Part shown: piece after piece, positions 9,767 through 19,222 of the stretch
How positions within the stretch are numbered: position 1 is the first letter of the stretch
Layout: every line of letters starts with the position of its first letter
DNA from: a virus
Taxonomy: Duplodnaviria > Caudoviricetes
IMG/VR virus record: IMGVR_UViG_3300033146_005800
Location: 1-55,252 of that record
Reading direction: 5' to 3' (one strand)
DNA: 55,252 bases
Position numbers and translations under genes: made by a program
Notes under the pieces: model-generated
Database searches by the model: none
Told to the model about the DNA's origin: nothing
What the model saw: the letters and a program-made list of their open reading frames with translations, nothing else

Positions 9767-10294
9767 TCAAGTATTCGCTTTTTGGGACCTAGCCCTCATT
9801 CTATCCGAATCTTTAATGTGTTTTTTAACTTCTGAGCTCTTTGCTTGTTCGACTTGTTCACGGGCTTCAGATTTGATATTTGGTCTAGCAAAAAATCCAC
9901 CCAACATTAACTGGCTAACATATTCCAACGCCCTTTTTTTATGATTCATAGCTTCTTTGGCAATAGAAAGAACATTGACATCTTTATTAGCTGCCAAAAA
10001 ATCCGCAAATGCAGATTTATACTTCTTGGTTGTAATAATGTAAGAATTAACAGCACCCTCCGTTGGCTTACTTGACAAACCATAAATTTTGGGTTCCGCA
10101 CGAATTTTACTGTACAATTCAGCCTTAGCCACATCTACATACTGTTTAGCTCTATCCCTCCTTTCCACAGATTCTGCCCATCTTCCTGCCCATTTATCAA
10201 ATAACATAGGTTGCTTTTCCCACTCTAAATCTAGATTAAACTTATCTATAAATAAATCTTCTCTATAAGTAGATTTATCATACTCATAAGACAT
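9767..10294 (-). CDS. UvsY-like recombination mediator (helical)
   Basis: DL-x-ID-x2-NLD-x-EW-x2-QP pattern and coiled coil with K-x-TE-x-A; located between clamp loader and SSB. Confidence 0.6.
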   Translation of the reverse strand: MSYEYDKSTYREDLFIDKFNLDLEWEKQPMLFDKWAGRWAESVERRDRAKQYVDVAKAELYSKIRAEPKIYGLSSKPTEGAVNSYIITTKKYKSAFADFLAANKDVNVLSIAKEAMNHKKRALEYVSQLMLGGFFARPNIKSEAREQVEQAKSSEVKKHIKDSDRMRARSQKANT

Positions 10295-10297
10295 CTT

Positions 10298-11242
10298 TTA
10301 TTCCTCACCTAGAGTAGTAATCATATAAGAGTCATATACCAAGCCAGCTTTTTTAGTATACATATAAGAAGTTCTGCATTGTTCAATTACCGCAGCCGCC
10401 ATTGGATCATCTCCTCCTAATAAAACTTTTGTCATATAAGCCAAAATTCCGTATCTAATATTTTCAGGTTCGCCTTCTATATTATTTAGTATTTTTCTGA
10501 CATCATTCCACTTACTTTGCTCAAGAAAAGCCCTACAAAGTTCTAAAGTACTTGCGGTTAAAAGTTCACCAATCTCACTGTAAGTTTCAATTAATTCTAG
10601 AATTTCCTCTTCATTTGTCATTGCGTAAATATTGTCTAAAATGACAAGTGCTTGTCTAGGACATCCGTCAGCAACGCTGGCTACTTTTCTAAGAATAGAT
10701 TTTTTAATTTGTAAATTATTTTTCTTAGCGGCCCAAACTAAAAGTCGACTTATAACTGGAAGAGTCTGTTTTTTAACCAAAAAAGGGGTAGATCTAGTTC
10801 TAATGGTTTTTAAAAGTTTTCCTGGTTCTGTTGTACATAAAGTTATAATTACATGTGCAGGAGGTTCTTCTAAAAATTTAAGTAGACTGTTTTGGGCTTC
10901 CGTAGTGAGCATATGTGCTTCATCAAACATATACATTTTAGCTTTTCCATGTAAAGGAGAATATGGAGCAGATTCCAATATCTGTCTCATTTCATTAATT
11001 CCCCTATTCTGAGCAGCATTAATCTCCATAAAATCGCTTTCATGTATATCAAGTTCATTTGATACAATTCTAACCAAAGTAGTTTTGCCGCAACCACTGA
11101 AACCATGAAATAAAAGACATTTGGGCATTTTATCGAAAGGTTTACTTAATGTATTCTTTAAAGAAGAAATGACTGCTTTATTACCTACGAAATCATCAAA
11201 ATTATCGGGTCTACAAGAAATTTGTAAAGGTCCATTGGACAT
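10298..11242 (-). CDS. dnaX: Clamp loader AAA+ ATPase (DnaX/RFC-like)
   Basis: RP-x2-FDD-x-VGN, GFSGCGKTT, EINAA-x2-RG, Walker B FDEAHMLT-x2-AQN-x-LLK-x-LEEPP, TI-x-TR, G-x2-RQAL. Confidence 0.92.
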   Translation of the reverse strand: MSNGPLQISCRPDNFDDFVGNKAVISSLKNTLSKPFDKMPKCLLFHGFSGCGKTTLVRIVSNELDIHESDFMEINAAQNRGINEMRQILESAPYSPLHGKAKMYMFDEAHMLTTEAQNSLLKFLEEPPAHVIITLCTTEPGKLLKTIRTRSTPFLVKKQTLPVISRLLVWAAKKNNLQIKKSILRKVASVADGCPRQALVILDNIYAMTNEEEILELIETYSEIGELLTASTLELCRAFLEQSKWNDVRKILNNIEGEPENIRYGILAYMTKVLLGGDDPMAAAVIEQCRTSYMYTKKAGLVYDSYMITTLGEE

Positions 11243-11243
11243 A

Positions 11244-13976
11244 TCAAGTCTCCTTACTAGTAAGTTGAATGGATGAAAGATCGAAGTCTGCTTTAGTTGA
11301 CCAGGGTTGATCTATTTCAGTTAATTCAAAATCCACTTCCAATGGCACAATAATCCAGGGAAGCTCATTCCTCATTTTAGTATTCATTATATAGTTTAAA
11401 GTATTAATGACATGATGAACTTCATCCGGATCTAAATCGGCAATAATACTATCATGAATTTGTCCTATTAACCTACTTTTCCAACCTTCTTTTTTAGCAA
11501 CCTTGTCAGCTTCAATAAATGACCATAACAAACAATGAAAAGCAGTACTCTGAATAGGATAATTAGTAACATCCTTTTTGCCCATATATCCACCAAGTCG
11601 AAAACCAAAATAAGTTTCAATATAACCTTGTTTTCTATATAATTTATTAATCTTATCTTTCCATTTTTTGTAAACTTTGAAACGAACATTCCAAAATTTA
11701 TCTTCCACATTCTGACAATGTTTAATAAAACTATCCAAAGTCTTAATTCCTTTAGATTTTATATGATCTTCTAAAGTTACATTGTTCTTTGTTTTTAATT
11801 GCAGACAATTAGACCATAAACCTCTTGCACAAGAATCATACCAATCACCATAAAACTGTGGAAAAACCCAACCATTTTTAGCATAAAATCTGATATCCTT
11901 GGAAACCTCATCCGTTTCCAACATCCAAATGTCGGCAGCACTATCCCTATGCATATCAGTGGAAAGGTCATTAATATAAGTCAGCATGTTAGGATCTTTT
12001 GTATAGCATGCAGAAATACGAACTTCTAATGAACCAAAATCTCCTTCCATTAACTGATTCCCAGGACTTGGAATTATACCACCTCTTGTAACTTCTTTTG
12101 CCAATTTACTGCGAACCGGTATATTTTGGAAATTAGGTTCATTGGAACTTGACCTGTAAGTTCTTGGAATATGAAGGTTAAAAACTGGATGTATTCTCCC
12201 ATCCTCATTTACCTCCCTTTTAAATTGAGCCAAATAAGTACCCTTGATTTTTTCAAGCATTCTAAGTTCCAGCAAGGAATTTGTAAATGGCAAATCCCAT
12301 TCTTCCATACAACTCTTATCCAAGGCAGGATTCCCTTTGGTGGTGTATCTAAGAGGTTGCATCTTTAGAATATCGAAAAATAATTTCTTCAAGTCAGTAG
12401 TAGATCTAGGATTTAAATCCCTTTTATGTACTTCAGTAAATTTGGTGCCAAAGTCGCCATGAATCAATGAATGCTCCAAATCTTTTATTTGTTGGGATAG
12501 TTCAACATCCTTCTTCTCATAAAACTTCATGGAAACATTAAAACCAGTCATTTCAGCTCTGGACAATGCCATTATACCTTCTAGAAAAAACTTTTGGGCC
12601 CTTGGAAGTGTCTTTCTATATCTTTTTATTTCTAGATATTGATCAGAATACAACATGAAGGTGAAAAGGCTATCCAAACCACCATATAGTAGAAGATCTT
12701 CAATGGGAGCTTCATATAATCTATTTAACCCATTTGAATCCATAGAAGTCATCAATTTGTCAACACTTTTACCATAACCCCAAATTCCATATCTAATATG
12801 AGTTTGAAATTTCAGACTACTTATGCCGCCCCTGTTATCCAAAATATGCGCACTTAACATTGTACACCAGTGCCAATTGACAGGTTCTGCAAAGAATTTA
12901 CAACTCCATTCATGCTCAAATTTTGCATTATGTGCAACTTTTTTAATATTAGGATCTGTTAGTATCTCACTAAACATATCCCTGATTTTAGCCTTTTCCT
13001 CTTTAGACCAAGCACCAGGATACTGATACGCAAAAGAAAATGCATTATCTCTATCCCACGCCAAAGATATTGACCAAATTCGATGTTTTTTATCGTAAGG
13101 CTTTTTACCAGATGTTTCAAAATCATATGCAACTACAGATTGTTTTTTGGCCCTTTGCAAAACCCTTTTGACTGAAGCAAACTTTGTGAGACACTGCACT
13201 TTAGATTCGTAATCAATAACAGTCACAGGAGGTTTATTTAAACAAGACATAGCAAATTGAATATCCCGTTTGTAAACTGAAGCCAAATTGGCATCATTCC
13301 TTTTCTTCAGAACAAAATTGGGATCATACAAAGGAACAATCCAAGTTTTATAATCAAAATCTGGAACACATAATCTACGCCAACGATTTATTGCAAGGAC
13401 ATTTTTACTTCCAGATATCTTATGAAAAAATGACTGTAAACCGATAACACCTAATAAAATAATAACTTTTGGTTGCAATGTTCTAATTGTAGGTTCAACT
13501 ATAAAATTCCAACAGGCTCTAATTTGCTTGGTGGAAACTTCCTTATTCGCAGGAGGTTTACAATTGATGGCATTTATTTTCCAAAAATCCTTATCTAAAT
13601 CATATCCAAGTAGACGTAAATGTTTCCTGATAAGTTGTCCACCTTTACCAATAAATTGAGTTGGAACTTTATAACCTAATTTTTTCCATCTAGAATCCGC
13701 GGCTGCACCTGGAACATCACCTATTATTAAAATTTCTTTACGCCCTTCCCCGGTGTATTGCATAAAAGGTGACTCACAACCTTGTTCACTCAAACCACAA
13801 AGTTCACAAGGATTATTTTTCAATTGTTGTTCTATGCTACTCTGTGATTTTTTATTACTAGCTTTTCTTTTTTTCTTTTTAGAAGAGTTCGAAGTGCCAG
13901 TATAATCTCTTTTCCTGACAGCTTTTCGCTCAGCTAAAGTCGGTTCCTTAAAGAAAAATCCTTCAGTGGTTAACAT
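11244..13976 (-). CDS. polA: Family A DNA polymerase with N-terminal family-4 UDG-like domain and 3'-5' exonuclease (SPO1-like architecture)
   Basis: UDG-like CELC...GDVPG...INAINCKPP; Exo YDFETSG, HNAKFE, YGGLDS; polymerase motifs SS-x2-PNFQNIP, DFGSLEVR, R-x3-K...F-x3-YG, NYPIQS, QIHDS. Confidence 0.95.
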   Translation of the reverse strand: MLTTEGFFFKEPTLAERKAVRKRDYTGTSNSSKKKKRKASNKKSQSSIEQQLKNNPCELCGLSEQGCESPFMQYTGEGRKEILIIGDVPGAAADSRWKKLGYKVPTQFIGKGGQLIRKHLRLLGYDLDKDFWKINAINCKPPANKEVSTKQIRACWNFIVEPTIRTLQPKVIILLGVIGLQSFFHKISGSKNVLAINRWRRLCVPDFDYKTWIVPLYDPNFVLKKRNDANLASVYKRDIQFAMSCLNKPPVTVIDYESKVQCLTKFASVKRVLQRAKKQSVVAYDFETSGKKPYDKKHRIWSISLAWDRDNAFSFAYQYPGAWSKEEKAKIRDMFSEILTDPNIKKVAHNAKFEHEWSCKFFAEPVNWHWCTMLSAHILDNRGGISSLKFQTHIRYGIWGYGKSVDKLMTSMDSNGLNRLYEAPIEDLLLYGGLDSLFTFMLYSDQYLEIKRYRKTLPRAQKFFLEGIMALSRAEMTGFNVSMKFYEKKDVELSQQIKDLEHSLIHGDFGTKFTEVHKRDLNPRSTTDLKKLFFDILKMQPLRYTTKGNPALDKSCMEEWDLPFTNSLLELRMLEKIKGTYLAQFKREVNEDGRIHPVFNLHIPRTYRSSSNEPNFQNIPVRSKLAKEVTRGGIIPSPGNQLMEGDFGSLEVRISACYTKDPNMLTYINDLSTDMHRDSAADIWMLETDEVSKDIRFYAKNGWVFPQFYGDWYDSCARGLWSNCLQLKTKNNVTLEDHIKSKGIKTLDSFIKHCQNVEDKFWNVRFKVYKKWKDKINKLYRKQGYIETYFGFRLGGYMGKKDVTNYPIQSTAFHCLLWSFIEADKVAKKEGWKSRLIGQIHDSIIADLDPDEVHHVINTLNYIMNTKMRNELPWIIVPLEVDFELTEIDQPWSTKADFDLSSIQLTSKET

Positions 13977-15007
13977 TACTTCACCTCCTCTACTATGTAT
14001 TTGATCGGAAGTGATAGCAAATGTTTAAATTTTCCTGTTGTAAAAAGGGCTTTACCATTCGAAATTTTAATAGTTCTGGTCTGTTCAAGAATCTCTTTAA
14101 AAAAGATAGGGTTAATAATAAAAGTGATATCCTTATCTATGTCCGTTTCTACCCATCTATTTGCTGACACAGTCGACTTCTCGACAAAGCATGATACTTT
14201 ATTGTCCTTTATAGTAACTGTCATGTGTCGGTCTGTTAAGAACTCTTCTTCTGTGATAACTGCCAATGACTCTACTATTTGTTTCAACTCAGTTGGCAGA
14301 TTAAAGGTTTCACCTTCAAATTCAAATAAACTGCTAACATCAGGAAAATCGGCAACATCTGAAGTTCTACAAAAGAATTGAACTCCTTCAGCAGTTTTAA
14401 AACCAATCCAAGGTTTAAAAAGTGCGTAGGTTTGAACTGGGTATTGCAATAAAGGTCTACACACTACTCCTGGAATAAAAAATTCTTCTTCAATCGGTGA
14501 TTCTAAATCATATTTGGAAATACGAAGATTATCAGAACTTATAATATTGTTAAATGACACATTAATGTAATTTAAGTATAATCTAGTCAAATCCTTTGCC
14601 ACCGAGAAATGACATAATTTAATTGCTTCCATAAAATCCACTGGTAAAGATCTCCAAAGCAACTCTTCCTTAAAAATTTCCGAATAGGCGTTAGTCAAAG
14701 CACCCTCATCAAAGGTGGACATTTTAATACTGGTTCCAGCCCCACGAATTCGTAATTTTCCTTTGACCAATCTAAGTTGAATATCTGCATTTTGAGGAAG
14801 ATTGGAAATGACATCAATAAAATCGTAACCCATAACAGAACACGTAAACTCGGTTTCAAATGGATGTGCGACGCAAATACGCTCATTAAATGTAATAATG
14901 TTGGTTCCTGTAAAACAAATATGTCTAAAATGTTCTATCAAGGATTTTTGTCTATCCAAACCGGGACGCAACTTTTGACATATAGCTTTTAGTTGACTAA
15001 CCTTCAT
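13976..15007 (-). CDS. Sliding clamp (DnaN/beta-clamp-like)
   Basis: About 343 aa from ATG 15007 (GGGAG RBS); three repeats with SSDNLRI, FPDV-x2-LF and I-x-F-x-INP-x-FF-x-EIL patterns; adjacent to polymerase and clamp loader. Confidence 0.75.
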   Translation of the reverse strand: MKVSQLKAICQKLRPGLDRQKSLIEHFRHICFTGTNIITFNERICVAHPFETEFTCSVMGYDFIDVISNLPQNADIQLRLVKGKLRIRGAGTSIKMSTFDEGALTNAYSEIFKEELLWRSLPVDFMEAIKLCHFSVAKDLTRLYLNYINVSFNNIISSDNLRISKYDLESPIEEEFFIPGVVCRPLLQYPVQTYALFKPWIGFKTAEGVQFFCRTSDVADFPDVSSLFEFEGETFNLPTELKQIVESLAVITEEEFLTDRHMTVTIKDNKVSCFVEKSTVSANRWVETDIDKDITFIINPIFFKEILEQTRTIKISNGKALFTTGKFKHLLSLPIKYIVEEVK

Positions 15008-15227
15008 TTTTAACTCCCCTTTCTTTCTTAATGACCTCTCCAGTTTCAGTATATTGTAATTTAGGTGGAACCAATCCATGTAATTGGTCATAAAAAGACT
15101 TCATTTTGATACCAGGATTCTTCCCATTTTGTAGTACCCAATAAGACACCAAAACATTATCGGAACCCGCCCTGTAAAATAAATCGGCATCCTTTGGATT
15201 AAAATCTGTAACGAAATGTACTATCAT
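14997..15227 (-). CDS. Small protein resembling the N-terminal beta-alpha-beta of DpdA/TGT-like barrels
   Basis: GGAGG RBS; MIVHFV...AG-x2-NVLVSYW pattern; lies directly downstream of the DpdA-like gene. Confidence 0.55.
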   Translation of the reverse strand: MIVHFVTDFNPKDADLFYRAGSDNVLVSYWVLQNGKNPGIKMKSFYDQLHGLVPPKLQYTETGEVIKKERGVKNEG

Positions 15228-15242
15228 TTTGATTCATCCTCC

Positions 15243-16010
15243 TTAAAAACCAAAACCTTTATTGACCAATTTTGGTTTAAATGGTCTTGGCCACTTCATT
15301 GTTCTCTCAACACCAAGAAAAAATTCGACATTTACATATCTTCTATTCCAATGACTAGTTTTTAATCCTATTTCCGTGATTCCAATTTTATCTAAGTATT
15401 TCAGAATGTGTGTTCTTACAGCATTAGTGGCTGTAGCAAGATGTACATCATATTCAGCTTTACTCGGACTTTCATCAGAAACAGATATCTTAAAAGGCAT
15501 CAATGTGAAATCAAACTCTTCTTTATCAGATGGTCTGGGAATAAATACATTACCAAAACCCGCCGTTTGAGACCAACTGGTACTATCCACTGAATACCAA
15601 GGATACCGATACATAAGTCTATGTGAAGTCATCCCAAAACCATGCACTTTATTTTTGGGCATATTATCAGGGGTATTACAAATAGTATACCAGCATTTAT
15701 CTAAAAAGCTAAGTCTAAGGTCTTGAGTGGCAGAAGCCATACCACCTAAACAAAAATACTCATATTCCATACATTTATCCAGATATTCAAAAGGATCCTC
15801 AACATGAAAAACCGGGAGGGGAGTAAGACCGGCTTTTTCCATAATTTCTTGATTCTGCCAAGACGCCTCTACATTACCAATTACATCTAGATTAGCATAA
15901 ACATTGATATACTCGGAATTTGTCTGAATAAAATCCATATAAGCTTCTAAGTCTATGGTCCCTCCTTGTGTTAGAGCTGAAAAGGCACCACTATCCAAAA
16001 AGAAATTCAT
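15243..16010 (-). CDS. dpdA: DpdA/TGT-like 7-deazaguanine DNA transglycosylase
   Basis: FLDSGAFS, NLDVIG, PLPVFH, LGG, KVHGFG and PWYSVDSTSW motifs; clustered with folE2, queE and queD. Confidence 0.8.
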   Translation of the reverse strand: MNFFLDSGAFSALTQGGTIDLEAYMDFIQTNSEYINVYANLDVIGNVEASWQNQEIMEKAGLTPLPVFHVEDPFEYLDKCMEYEYFCLGGMASATQDLRLSFLDKCWYTICNTPDNMPKNKVHGFGMTSHRLMYRYPWYSVDSTSWSQTAGFGNVFIPRPSDKEEFDFTLMPFKISVSDESPSKAEYDVHLATATNAVRTHILKYLDKIGITEIGLKTSHWNRRYVNVEFFLGVERTMKWPRPFKPKLVNKGFGF

Positions 16011-16058
16011 TGATTCACTCCTTTTAAATTAAATTAATTATAATAACTTTTAGTATTT

Positions 16059-16856
16059 TTAAGACGTTCCATTAGATCCAGAAAGAATTGCTACAGCATT
16101 ATGCTGATGAATACTTTCCTCCGAACTAACTTTGACATTATAATCAAGAATATCGGAAACTTGTGAAAGATTAAATGCACAATCCCTAACAATGTCTTCC
16201 ACAAATTTTGGATTAGCGTACATATACTCTGTTATTGCCTTTTCATCAACTCTTTTTAAGACACTATACATTTTACCAGAACATGACATTTCAATGAGAT
16301 CTATAAGATCCTCAATCCAAAGGAAACCATCATTTTTAATTTTAGCAGAAACCTCTACGATGGCCCGTTGATTATGTGCAGAATTTTCACTTATCTCCTT
16401 ACTACATGGACACAAACTAGTACCTACAATAATTGCTTCCATAGTAAAAGTTGAAGAATCTTCCGTTTTGGTTAGAGCAAAGGTGATATCGTAAGAAACT
16501 ATACCAGGTTCTTTACTAATTGGTGCTATTTTTTGAATGAAATATGGAAATCTGTAACTAATTTTGCATACATTGACTTCCAATTTTTTACGAATATGTT
16601 CAGCAACTTCATTAGTAACTTTGACATCTAAACTCTGACCAGAAAATTTTTGAATAGCGATTGGAATCCTACTCATATCAATCCCTTTTTTGGTATCAGG
16701 AAGATTTCCATAAACACTAACATCAGCTATTGTGGTCTGATAGGAACCAGATTTAGTTCCAACACTGATTGGCAATTTAAATCCACTTATACCAACAAAA
16801 TCTATTGGGATAGGATGTTTTGGAGTCGATTTTTGTACATCTTTCAATTCGATCAT
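16059..16856 (-). CDS. folE2: GTP cyclohydrolase IB (FolE2)
   Basis: DVQ...I-x2-VGI, KGI-x-MSR, TSLCPCSKEIS-x3-AHNQR, KR-x-DE, NPKFVED-x-VR, ESIH-x-HNA. Confidence 0.95.
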   Translation of the reverse strand: MIELKDVQKSTPKHPIPIDFVGISGFKLPISVGTKSGSYQTTIADVSVYGNLPDTKKGIDMSRIPIAIQKFSGQSLDVKVTNEVAEHIRKKLEVNVCKISYRFPYFIQKIAPISKEPGIVSYDITFALTKTEDSSTFTMEAIIVGTSLCPCSKEISENSAHNQRAIVEVSAKIKNDGFLWIEDLIDLIEMSCSGKMYSVLKRVDEKAITEYMYANPKFVEDIVRDCAFNLSQVSDILDYNVKVSSEESIHQHNAVAILSGSNGTS

Positions 16857-16859
16857 TTC

Positions 16860-17531
16860 CTAACCTCCTATAGTTGGGATAAATTTGACAAAATCTCCAT
16901 TTTCTTCTAACTCAGCCCAATTTTTTTTGTGTACTGTTGTTCTAATATGACCATTTAGTACCGATTTAGCTTTGGATTCTTCCAATCCATAATCTGCAAC
17001 CAGTAGGGATACCAAATCCTTCCTATTTACACCATCTAATAATTTTGAGTCTATAAATCCATACTTACTAGAGATTCTCCTTCCGAATATATTAGTGGCT
17101 TTTGAAACCTTTTTAGCTTCCTTTTTAGCTTCCTTTTTAGCTTCCTTTTTAGCTTCCTTTTTCAACCTTTCTTTAAATCCCAATTCCTTAACAGCTTGTT
17201 CTTGTGCTGAATCAATTAAATTTTCATTTATTAATGTAGATTCTTCTTTGACAATCTCAACCTTTTCAGCTGGTGCAGCTGGTGCAGCTGGTTCTGAATT
17301 AACATTATCCACTAGAGAATGTATACCATCAACTATATCATTATACAATTGACCAACTTTCTTTGGAATTAAATGTTCATTTTCAATTGGAACAAGTTCA
17401 ACTGCATCCAAAAAACTGTCAGTTAACTTTTGAAGATCCAAATTATCCATATCTATCGAATCTTTACTATTAGGCACCAAATTGGTTTCTAGCAATACAG
17501 TGTAACTGTCTTTTACCAAAGCTCTTATCAT
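16860..17531 (-). CDS. Hypothetical protein with KKEA tandem repeat and basic C-terminal (possibly winged-helix) domain
   Basis: 223-aa ORF with AAGGAGG RBS, inside the deazaguanine cluster. Confidence 0.7.
   Translation of the reverse strand: MIRALVKDSYTVLLETNLVPNSKDSIDMDNLDLQKLTDSFLDAVELVPIENEHLIPKKVGQLYNDIVDGIHSLVDNVNSEPAAPAAPAEKVEIVKEESTLINENLIDSAQEQAVKELGFKERLKKEAKKEAKKEAKKEAKKVSKATNIFGRRISSKYGFIDSKLLDGVNRKDLVSLLVADYGLEESKAKSVLNGHIRTTVHKKNWAELEENGDFVKFIPTIGG
17108..17162. repeat. 12-bp tandem repeat, about 4.5 copies, encoding KKEA
   Basis: CCTTTTTAGCTT at 17108, 17120, 17132 and 17144. Confidence 0.9.
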
Positions 17532-17551
17532 TTTAATGTCCTCCTTAAATT

Positions 17552-18232
17552 TTAATGTTCTTCATTTGCAGTTCCGGTTCCCCAAATGTATTTATGCAAT
17601 TGAAGATTTATAATTTCATCACCAGTACCCAACTTCTGTAATAATCTTAGCAAGTCATCAGGCTCCAATTGTCCATGTATTGGAGAGAAAGCATATTTTG
17701 CTTCACAATAATTATTGCGTAAAACTTCACCAATTGATAAAGCCTCTTCAATATCATCAGTATTAGACACCAAAAATTTAACAAAATCATTATTGGTTAA
17801 AGTGCTAAAACTATTTAAGTTCATTCTATTTCTTTGTCCAGAGTTTTTCAATTTAAAATCATAAACCCAACTGACTTCTGGAATACCAATAAATTGTTGT
17901 AATGGTTTTAAAGTTCCATTAGTTTCTATAGATATTTTAACTCCCTTTTCGATTAAAATACTCAAAAGTAAATGTAGATCTTTTTGTAGTAAAGGTTCAC
18001 CACCAGTAATTGTTACCTTTTTTGTCTTATGTCTTAAAAATATTGCATTAACAAGATCTTCTAACGAGATCTCTGAACCATCCGTTTCCTTTAATGCATA
18101 TGGAGTATCACAGTAACTACATTTTGGCAATAAATTACAACCAGAAAATCGGATGAATGTCGTCATTGCACCTTGATGGAATGCATTAACTTCTCCATCA
18201 ATACTATCAAATATACTGTATACTGAAAACAT
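17552..18232 (-). CDS. queE: 7-carboxy-7-deazaguanine synthase (radical SAM)
   Basis: IF-x-SIDGE...G-x3-TFIR-x-SGCNL-x3-CSYCDT, TGGEPLLQ, ETNG, LQLHK-x-IW. Confidence 0.95.
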   Translation of the reverse strand: MFSVYSIFDSIDGEVNAFHQGAMTTFIRFSGCNLLPKCSYCDTPYALKETDGSEISLEDLVNAIFLRHKTKKVTITGGEPLLQKDLHLLLSILIEKGVKISIETNGTLKPLQQFIGIPEVSWVYDFKLKNSGQRNRMNLNSFSTLTNNDFVKFLVSNTDDIEEALSIGEVLRNNYCEAKYAFSPIHGQLEPDDLLRLLQKLGTGDEIINLQLHKYIWGTGTANEEH

Positions 18233-19222
18233 CTACTCCCTCCCACACATTGACAGCAAATCCTGCCTTGTTAGTAAAATGTCACTAGTTGGACTTTCCC
18301 ATAGTTGTATAGATTCTAAACCTTTTAAACGTCCATCAATCATTAACCTTTCCCACATCCATAATACTATATTTTCCGCTGTAGGATTAGGAAAAAAGTC
18401 ATTTAAATAATTATGGTCCAAAAGGTCAACAACATTTTCCGTAACTATTCGTTTTAAATCTTTAAAATCAATAATCATGCCCGTATTTGGATTAATTTTC
18501 TTTCTAACAGAAACAATGAATTTCCATTCGTGTCCATGTAAATTGCTACAAGCCCCATCATAATTTGGAAGTCTATGAGCTCCAGCAAATGAAAACTCCT
18601 TACTTATCGTAGAATATGGTGTAAGTCCTATTAGTTCTGACACTGATCTACAAGAAACGCATAAAGGTTCTAGATTAGAAGGCAAAAAATTAGAATTATC
18701 ACCATCCACAAATGTTGTTTGTAAATTATCATTAGATTCACAGATGGAACATCCATTTATATCATGAAAATGCTGCAATATTTGAAATGGATCCCGATAG
18801 TATTTAGTTATCATATCGTTTAGTGATCTAATCAAATCACCTGGTTGCCATAATTGTTGCACTTTTTCATATTTTTCTTTATTTACAGTAATGGTGTTAG
18901 AATCTGGAACTGTTAAAGTAACATCTTCCATAAACTTAGTAACTCTATCAACACCTAATCTCTTTCTAGCAAATTCTATGATATATTTGTAAGAAATATG
19001 ACTAAACATTGGATCTTCGTTACGTATTACAGTCACCAATTCCCCAACAAAAGGTTTAGTGTTAATAAAAGTCTCTAATGTATCATCGAGTTTTGATATA
19101 AAGTCAATGTGCGCTTCGTCTGAAAATGGTGCTGTTGCTGAAGCCGAAATATGCTTCATTACGTCTGGAACTTTCATGGCGCAAACTGGACATTCAAAAT
19201 TATTATGTATCATCTTCTTCAT
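18233..19222 (-). CDS. queD: 6-carboxytetrahydropterin synthase with N-terminal Zn-finger and degenerate HNH-like extension
   Basis: C-terminal F-x2-AHRL-x2-YDG-x-C-x-NLHGH, G-x2-IDF-x-DLK, LDH-x-YLND, NPTAEN, LWESP; about 200 extra N-terminal residues. Confidence 0.9.
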   Translation of the reverse strand: MKKMIHNNFECPVCAMKVPDVMKHISASATAPFSDEAHIDFISKLDDTLETFINTKPFVGELVTVIRNEDPMFSHISYKYIIEFARKRLGVDRVTKFMEDVTLTVPDSNTITVNKEKYEKVQQLWQPGDLIRSLNDMITKYYRDPFQILQHFHDINGCSICESNDNLQTTFVDGDNSNFLPSNLEPLCVSCRSVSELIGLTPYSTISKEFSFAGAHRLPNYDGACSNLHGHEWKFIVSVRKKINPNTGMIIDFKDLKRIVTENVVDLLDHNYLNDFFPNPTAENIVLWMWERLMIDGRLKGLESIQLWESPTSDILLTRQDLLSMCGRE

